Positions 56,121-64,000 of a stretch of DNA of 64,000 bases are shown here, one piece after another (position 1 is the stretch's first letter; the number at the start of each line of letters is the position of its first letter). Source of the stretch: Eledone cirrhosa (lineage: Eukaryota). The notes beneath the pieces were generated by a model. That model saw only the letters and a program-made list of their open reading frames with translations. It had not been told where the DNA came from and did no database searches. Both the position numbers and the translations under genes were made by a program. Where the stretch lies: positions 310,062,001 to 310,126,000 of the forward strand of contig OZ024741.1 in assembly GCA_964016885.1 (NCBI GenBank), given 5' to 3'.

Positions 56121-56854
56121 GTTGGTACATTCAATTCAATTTTTTTTTTTTTTAAACTTTTGTTGGATATTTACATGTATGCACACAGACGCATGCATAT
56201 GCGCACACAAACACACACCTTGTTATAGAATATGTCAGGCTAAAATATTTTGTAGCATTTAGTTATTTACCATAAAATTCTTCATTTTACGTTTGTGGCA
56301 TAGGTTGGATGAATTGTCACACTCAGTGAATTGACAGGTCAGGACCTCATCTTGTTCATACATTCTGTATTTGACATGGTTTCTATGGTTGGATGCTCTT
56401 TCTAAAACTAACTACCTTACAGGGTGTATTGGGTGTATTTTATTGTGGCATCAACGCTACCACCTTACAGAGTGTAGTGAGTATGTTTTATTGTGGTACC
56501 AACACTACCACATTACTAATGTGTCTAATGGGTGTGTTTTATATCAGTATATTCTGTATTTATATCCTACATTTTTATTCTAGAGAAAAATAAAATGTTT
56601 TATCCTGTAATGTGGTTGGCATTAGGAAGGGCACCCAGCCATAGAAAACCAAACCCAAAATGGAGCATATGAAGATGTGGTCACCTGACCTATCTAATGT
56701 GACAGTCTGTCTAATCCATGCCAGCATGGAAAATAGATGTTAAATGGTGATGATGATTGGGAGGTTTATAAAATAATATCCTAAAGTATATTCAAGTAGT
56801 TATATCCCTTTTCTACAAATTTATTGCCAAAGTTAAAAATTATTATTTAAAAAG

Positions 56855-56936
56855 GGAGAGATGCTGTGCTGAATAAGACCCGTCCCACCCTTGCGAGCAG
56901 GGAAGGGTGGACGTAAAATGATGATGATGATGATGA
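56855..56936 (+). mobile_element. Very short family B 3' end insertion
   Basis: GGAGAGATGCTGTGCTGAATAAGACCCGTCCCACCCTTGC..GGACGTAAAAT(GAT)n. Confidence 0.85.
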
Positions 56937-58219
56937 CAGTAGATGTAGAATCAGTTGTCTCTATTTGGTTATCTATCAAGCCACTCACAAATATACTCAC
57001 TTTGTGAGTTCAAATGCTGCCAATGTTAACTCTGACATTTATCTTTCTGCCATAAGTGGGAGCATTGTAATTGTTTGATTAGCTCAAGACTGATGTATGC
57101 ACTGTTGTCGTCATTTAATGTCCGTTCACCCTGCTAGCAAGGGTTGGATGGGTTGTCATAGACCTAACAGTACTCAAGTGGAGCTACTGACTTCTCAGAT
57201 GTGTCTAACTTACAACTGTTCCCATGCTCTACTGAGTTTATTTTATCATAGCACCAGCACTAAGGAGGCTGTCATGTTTTTGACACAACTGAAGAATCCT
57301 TTTGATCCTGTGTTTTGCATTTTTCTACAGCTGGAGGCCTTTATCACCACCCACTTCATAGTGATCAATAATAAACACAAACATGAACTTGCCATGAAAT
57401 CTAATTGAAAAATTAAAATAAATTCTTATAGTTATTTTTTATTGGATTTTAATTAAAGTTTTAAACTTGATTTCCATGAATAATTATTTTTAAAAAATTC
57501 TATATCATCCTAATTTCAGTTCATAAAATCTAATATTTTTTGTTTTTTCATCTGAAGTACTAAAAATATCTTGACTGAAATTGGGTTTACAGAAACTATT
57601 TGGAAGCCATTAGATGGACTGTACTTGTATTCCAAAAGACCAGCCTTGTGCTGAATCTCCCTGAGAATTACATTAAGGATACATGTGTCTGTGGTATGCT
57701 CAGACACTTGCACATTGATTTGATGAGCAGGTGGCCCTGTTGATTGAACAACTGGAGCACTCATTGTTAAAACCAATGAGGGTCCATTCCATCATTGTTT
57801 TTACATACATTTTTCCTTGTTTGTACAGGCTGCATGAGATCTACGAATAATAGCCCTTCCTGGTGCTAGCCTATACTTTATTCTAAGTAATGTATGTGTC
57901 ACTAATGTTTGTTGAACAGCTGTGCTGCCAGACATGTATGAGTAACATACAACTGCCACCATAGGCTTTATAAAATGGTCATGTGATCTATATGGTAACA
58001 GGCTTCTTGAGTTTCCATTCATCAAATGTACTCACATTGCACTGGTTTGTTTGGAGATATAATGAAAGACATTTGTCCAAGGTGCCATGCACTGGGACTG
58101 AACACAAAACTGTGGGGTACCAAAGTGAAATTCTTAACCACACACTCATGTCTGCACCTTACACACACACACACACATATTGTGTGCGTGTGTGTATGTA
58201 AGCCTGTCATTATAAATTG

Positions 58220-58257
<38 letters not shown>

Positions 58258-58912
58258 TTATATATATATATATTTATATATATATATATATTGTGTGTTT
58301 GAATGTATGTATATGCATTTATTAGACAATATATATATGTGTGTGTGTGTGTATCTGTCTGGATAAATACACACACACACACTCTCTCTCTCTCATCAAC
58401 ACTGACAGAGGCATATTTATTTACATGGTAATGCTAATTATATTATGTAGGTGGACTGTTTGTACTTCTGCTTACCTTAGTTATGGTGGTTTAGCCCCAA
58501 GTCAGCCCTTATTGAGCAAGTTATGACTATTCAAAAGTCTTGTATATCTGGGACTATATCTAATGTATGTTAAATTTTAAAAATGGTTGGGTGTGGTTTA
58601 AGGGAGATTTTGCTGCTTCATTTAGTAGGTTCAGTGACAACATAAAGGCTCTCTCATTAAGTTCCCATGCTGTGTTTGTTTCAGTTTGACTGATTATCAG
58701 CAGGTTCTATCTCTACTACTCCTTACACACTCAACTTTATAGTAAAGGCATTCTGTGGTAAAAACTAATTGCTTCAACAAGCTTCATACTATCATACCCA
58801 TAGTAACAGAAAAATAGATCTAAAACATCAAAAAAGAGAAAATGTTGTTTATTATATCATGAAACAAAAAATAATAATTTAAATAAATTTACCTTAAATT
58901 TTCTATTTCTAG

Positions 58913-59051
58913 GGATCAGTTTCCTTGTAACACTATTCAAATATTGAATGACCATTGTGATGAAGTATGGTTTTGTCGTTTTTCTCCGGATGGTACAAAA
59001 TTAGCCACAGGCTCCAAGGATGGTACTCTCATTATTTGGGATGTTGATATG
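58913..59051 (+). CDS. WDR26: WDR26-like exon, first WD40 repeat ([46 protein letters not shown])
   Basis: TAG/GTAAG boundaries, 139 nt phase 2/0. Confidence 0.96.
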
Positions 59052-60056
59052 GTAAGCCACAACATTTGTATATAAGCATTGTAGACATAAATATGGCTGG
59101 CTTGTTAATAAGTTTCTTCACAATCATGATGTCTCGGGTTTCATCTCATTATATGGCATCTTGAGCATGTGTCATTTACTATAGCCTTAAGTCAGTGAAA
59201 GCTTCGTGAGGGGAAATTGGGTTGACAGAAACTGTATGGAAGCCAGTCAGATGGATTGTACCTGTAATTCAAAATTTCAGCCTTGTCACATATTGTGACA
59301 TGTTGTTTTGGTTTTGGAATTTACCTTAAGATTTCACATGTTTCAAAAAAAACCAAAAAAAATAAAAACTACTCACAGTCCATGCTGTAATGTAGGTAAC
59401 ACGGTAAAAAGTTCCCAGTTCCACACTGTAAATGTGGTTGGTGTTAGGAAGGGCATCCAGCTGTAGAAAGCCTGCCAGATAGTCCTATACGAGCGAGACA
59501 CGGTCACCCGACCAACCTTGCCTCAAGTTGGCACAACTCCCGTCTAACCCATGCTAGCCTGGAAGATGGACGTTAAACGATGATGATGATGTTTATGAAA
59601 TACTTAGCCACTTGCATGTTAATTAAACCAGAGATTCAGTTGTAACTGATAAAGGCCCCATTTTATCTGCTTGGGACAGTGGTTAATAAGTATTACAATG
59701 AAGGGCATCAAGCCATAGAAACCAAGCCAAAATCAGTTCTGTATGAGCAAGACATGGTCATCTGACCTGGTTTGTCTCATAATGGGACAACTCGTCTAAC
59801 TCATGCTAGTATGGAAAATGGTGGTGATGAGGATGATACTACATTTTTGTGTATGTGTATCATTATCAATGTTTAACATCTGTTTTCCATGCTTGCATGG
59901 GCTAGATGTGTTGTCACTTAGGCTTGACTAGTCAGGTGACTACAAGTTTACACCATTTTGAGGTTGGTTTATGCAGATGATTGCCCTTCCTAACACTTTG
60001 CATGCTCAGGGTGGACTGGGTGCTTTTCCCAATATATATATATATATATTATTTTA

Positions 60057-60250
60057 TTATAGAATCAACTTCTACAGGACTAAACTGTTTCATTTGTAAG
60101 AAATCATTAGGAAAGATCTAATGATTTCTTACGAATGAAACTAGTCCCGTAGAAGTCATTTCTATTATAAAATAAAGATAACTTTACTCCACTAACATAT
60201 TGAGTACCTTTTTTAAACTATGGTCACCTCCCGATATATATCAGGAATCC
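60057..60250 (+). mobile_element. Degenerate second copy of the hammerhead-palindrome element at 4070-4265
   Basis: Imperfect inverted repeat at about 60060-60165 with CTAATGA cores; downstream TATTGAGT..TGGT.ACCTCC matches 4213-4243. Confidence 0.7.
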
Positions 60251-60554
60251 ATCAGTTATATATATATTCATGCAAGTGTGGAGAAACTAACGCAAAATTG
60301 ATGAAACGGTGACCACTCACTCACACACACATACAGATTTAACTTCTGTTCTTCCATATTGGGAAATGGATTGTCAGAAATCAAAGCTAATGGCTTCTCA
60401 GAGTGGGAGCCCACATCTTACATATGTTCCAGTTTTGGCATGGTTTCTACTGCTGGATGCCCTTCCTATCACCAACCACTTTTGCATAAATATATGTATA
60501 CATTTCTAAGATTCTTATTCTCTAATTTGTTTTCTCTTTATCTTTTTAAAACAG

Positions 60555-60695
60555 TATACATTTGAAGTATTGATGCGTAGAGCATATGAAGGTCACTCAT
60601 ATGGTGTATCGTATATAGCATGGCATCCAGATAGTAAATATATCATTGCTTGTGGTCCAGACGACTGTGCTGAAGTTTGGTTATGGAATGTTGAG
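60555..60695 (+). CDS. WDR26: WDR26-like exon, WD40 ([47 protein letters not shown])
   Basis: CAG/GTGAG boundaries, 141 nt phase 0/0. Confidence 0.96.
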
Positions 60696-61315
60696 GTGAG
60701 CTTTTGTTGGCGTGATACCAGTAATATTGTTGTTGTTTGGCCCCAATTCATCCTTGACTGAGCAGCCCTATCTTCAAAGGGATTCCTGCTATCACCAGTT
60801 TGCCCTTCTCTCAGAAATTGCATATGTAGTACCACATAATACAATGTACCATAGTACCACATAATCAAGATGGTCTGGTGTGATTTAAGTGAATGTTTGC
60901 TGCTATTTCTAGGAGGTTGAGCAACCACATTAGCTCTTGCATAGATTAGCGTTGAATATATGTTCCACATTTTCTGTGTTTTGAAATGATAAATATTGAT
61001 GTCAAATTTTAGTAAAGAGTGATGGAAGTTACCTCAATGTGGAGGAAAGAAACTATTATATTCATTCAGTATGTTGGCTTTAGTAATAAGCTCTAATTGC
61101 AATTTTAATGTTTTCTATTTAAATAGCAATGCTACAGATTGAAGTTAAAAATTTTCATTGGGTGTGTGTGTGTGTGGGCACATATGTAACCAGGCCAGAG
61201 GGAGTCAACAAATGGGCTAGTTGTAATTGACCTACGATTTTGATGGTGCCCACTTATGTCATGTTCTCATTCTATTATTTTGTTCTGTTACTTGTAAGTA
61301 CAAAATGTACAGGTA

Positions 61316-61510
61316 CAGACCTGCCAACCTCTAAAAACCCAAATGGGGAGTGCCATGAAAAAAAGTGCCCCAAAACTGGGAGAAATGAGGCAAAATGGGG
61401 AGATTTTACATAAAGAAAGCTATACCTATTTTCGCAAGAGAAGACATCTCTCACCCACCCCAAAGTGGGTGGGAGATCTCCCCATTGGTTGGGGAGAGTT
61501 GACAGGTCTA
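61316..61510. mobile_element. Possible MITE
   Basis: Inverted ends AGACCTGCCAAC / GTTGACAGGTCT; no convincing target-site duplication. Confidence 0.4.
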
Positions 61511-62057
61511 ATGTAAATACCTGTAACTCATATATAAATCATCTGTATTTAGCATGGATTGCTAAAATACTTAACAACTGTTTGAAATAAGACCTACATT
61601 ACCTGTTTGGGCCACATTTTACATCTGGCTTGAGCCTAGTGCTGGCTTGAGTTACATTTTATATGAGCTTTGGGTCTATTACCAACATTGGAAGCTTACA
61701 TTTTACATCATGCCTGGCCCTTTTGCTACCTTTGCATAGGCATGATTGTAACTGCTCCAACTTATACTATGTTGAAGGTGATATAAAGCTGAAGGTAACA
61801 CCATTTTTAGTTATTTATTTTGTTAAATTACTCCAAAGGAAATTGATATCACACTCCTTGTTATAGTTTCAATTTTTCTCTATTTGCTTTCTTGTTTATT
61901 TATCCAAGTGTTAATGTCTTTTTATCCTTTTTTATTTTAAATTCTTGTTGTTATATTGAACTTCAGAGAGTTTTCCATAAAATATATCTTAATCTAGCTT
62001 CATAAAATTATATAAATTAACATATTTCTCCCCTTCTATTTTTTTTATATCTTGTAG

Positions 62058-62177
62058 ACAAGTGAATTGAAAGCTAAAATGAGTCAATCTCCTGAAGATA
62101 GTTTAACCAGTGCTGCATGGCATGCAGATGGCAAAGAATTTTTCACAGGAGGCACTAGAGGACAATTCTACCAATGT
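62058..62177 (+). CDS. WDR26: WDR26-like exon, WD40 ([40 protein letters not shown])
   Basis: TAG/GTATG boundaries, 120 nt phase 0/0. Confidence 0.96.
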
Positions 62178-63245
62178 GTATGCTATATTTTCTTCTTTCA
62201 ATTTTGATATATACGCACACACATCAGCAGCATTACTTGACATTGGGCATGGTTTGGATGGGTTGGAGAGATTTGTTTACTATTTCCATATGCTTTTAAT
62301 TAATTTTGAAACAATGAGCTTATTCATAAGAAATGTGCCAAACTCAAGACTCTTGGTATTTTGAATTGTGAATGTATAACAGTGGAGATATTACATTGTA
62401 AACCTTTTGGATGTATGTATGTATTTATGAATCCATATCTCCTGTTGAATGGAGTTGTAGGGGTGCCATGATGATATATGGCATGTCATAGATATTTTAA
62501 TGGAGCCCATTCTGAGCCCATTCTGACTCCAAGTCTGAAGACAATTTCTTCTGGAGAAATAGGAAGTAAGAGATGTAGAGAAAGGCTCACCCCAGTACTG
62601 AACTGGTGCTTTTCTTTATCAACCTCAAAGGAATGCAAAGAGTTCTGTCTAATATTCTAATGACATTCATCACACTTCCCTTGGATATTATACTGTATAA
62701 TCTATATAGCATGTGACCTAATGGTTCGTGTTGGACTCATGAATATAAGGGTGTTGGTCCGATTCCTGGACTAGGTGGCACTTTGGGTTCTTGAGCAAGA
62801 CACTTCATTTGATGTTGACTTTCATGATAGGAGTGGTGTCTCTATTATGAAAACACCCAAGAATCCTCCTGCAAGACGTAAACTCGTTGGACACCATCTA
62901 AATCCGCATAGGTGAGATCTGATAAACTATTCGCACAATAAACATTTCCAGAAGATTTAATATCTATTCTCCACAGTTAGGTGAACTGAGGCATGTAGAA
63001 ATGCAATTTTCCCATCTCTATTTAATACTTATTCTCTACCCATTATTTGTTTCCCTTATCAATTTTCTTTTTGCTCACATCTGTCTAATATGAAGTAATG
63101 TTTCTTGTATACTTAATTTTGTGGCAATTATTATCTCCCTTTAGAAACAAATGCGCACTCACACACAGACATAAATAAGTACACACAAATACATATGCAC
63201 ATACGCATATTATAAAGTAAATGCTCTTGTTATTTGAACTTTCAG

Positions 63246-63391
63246 GATCAAGATGGTAATTTTTTTGATAATTGGGAAGGTGTTCGAGTCCAGTGCCTTG
63301 CATGTCAACACGATGGGAAAGCCGTTTTAGCTGCTGACACCCACAATAGAATAAGAGGCTACAATTTTGAAGATAAATCAGATTTTCATAT
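63246..63391 (+). CDS. WDR26: WDR26-like exon ([48 protein letters not shown]); the gene continues past the window
   Basis: CAG/GTGAGT boundaries, 146 nt phase 0/2. Confidence 0.96.
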
Positions 63392-64000
63392 GTGAGTATT
63401 TCTCATGTTATTAATGGGAGCAAATTTCAATTGATGGGTGTGGGTAGTAGCATTGCATCATCATCATCATCATCGTTTGATGTTCATCTTCCACACTACC
63501 ATGGGTTTGAATACAGGCTGTTGAGAAAAATCCATTTCAGCAGTTGGATTAGTGGGTGCATTGGGTATGGTTGTATGATAGACAAATTGCTGAGATTGGA
63601 GGGTTTGTCCTATGGACTTTGTTACATGTCAGCCTCGTCTGCTACTATTTTGGCAACTGTCAGCAAACTGGAAGCATTCCAAGTCTTTTGAGCCATGGAG
63701 GAGAGATATTTCTTAGGAAAGACCCAAACATCATAGGCAACTTCAACTCTGCTGAACACAGTGTTGAAGATTTAGGCAAAGATGTTCACCAAGAGGCTGG
63801 CACTTGTTTGAAATGATTTAATTCAAGACATACAAACTTCTATAACAACAACCAATAGATCACCTCATGACAACCTCTATTTCATGCAATTCATTGTAGA
63901 CTGAGTTTGCACTAGATCTAGCTTCAGTGGGGCTGTGCTCAATTTAGATCAGCCCAAAGTATAGAACAGGCTTGATCATGGCTACCTGACAGCTGCCCTA

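Overview
AT-rich animal genomic DNA, probably from a cephalopod such as Octopus (inferred from repeat content; not provable here). Eight in-frame, GT-AG-bounded exons of a WDR26/GID7-like gene lie on the + strand (19129-63391). Most other identifiable sequence is intronic mobile DNA: three RTE-clade LINE families with (GAT)n tails and a C4HC3 PHD-type finger inside the RT region (one copy has an intact 1039-aa ORF), a partner tRNA/CORE SINE, Penelope-like element (PLE) remnants with fold-back ends, a DD37D Tc1/mariner, piggyBac and Helitron-like elements, and about 10 kb of irregular (TA)n-TG arrays in one 32.5-kb intron. The less obvious signals are RNA structures: several type I hammerhead ribozymes, including a non-coding 466-nt, 1.25-unit retrozyme-like element and a palindrome with a hammerhead on each strand, and a covarying chain of predicted H-type pseudoknots shared by LINE and SINE ends. 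All structures were folded by eye and are untested.
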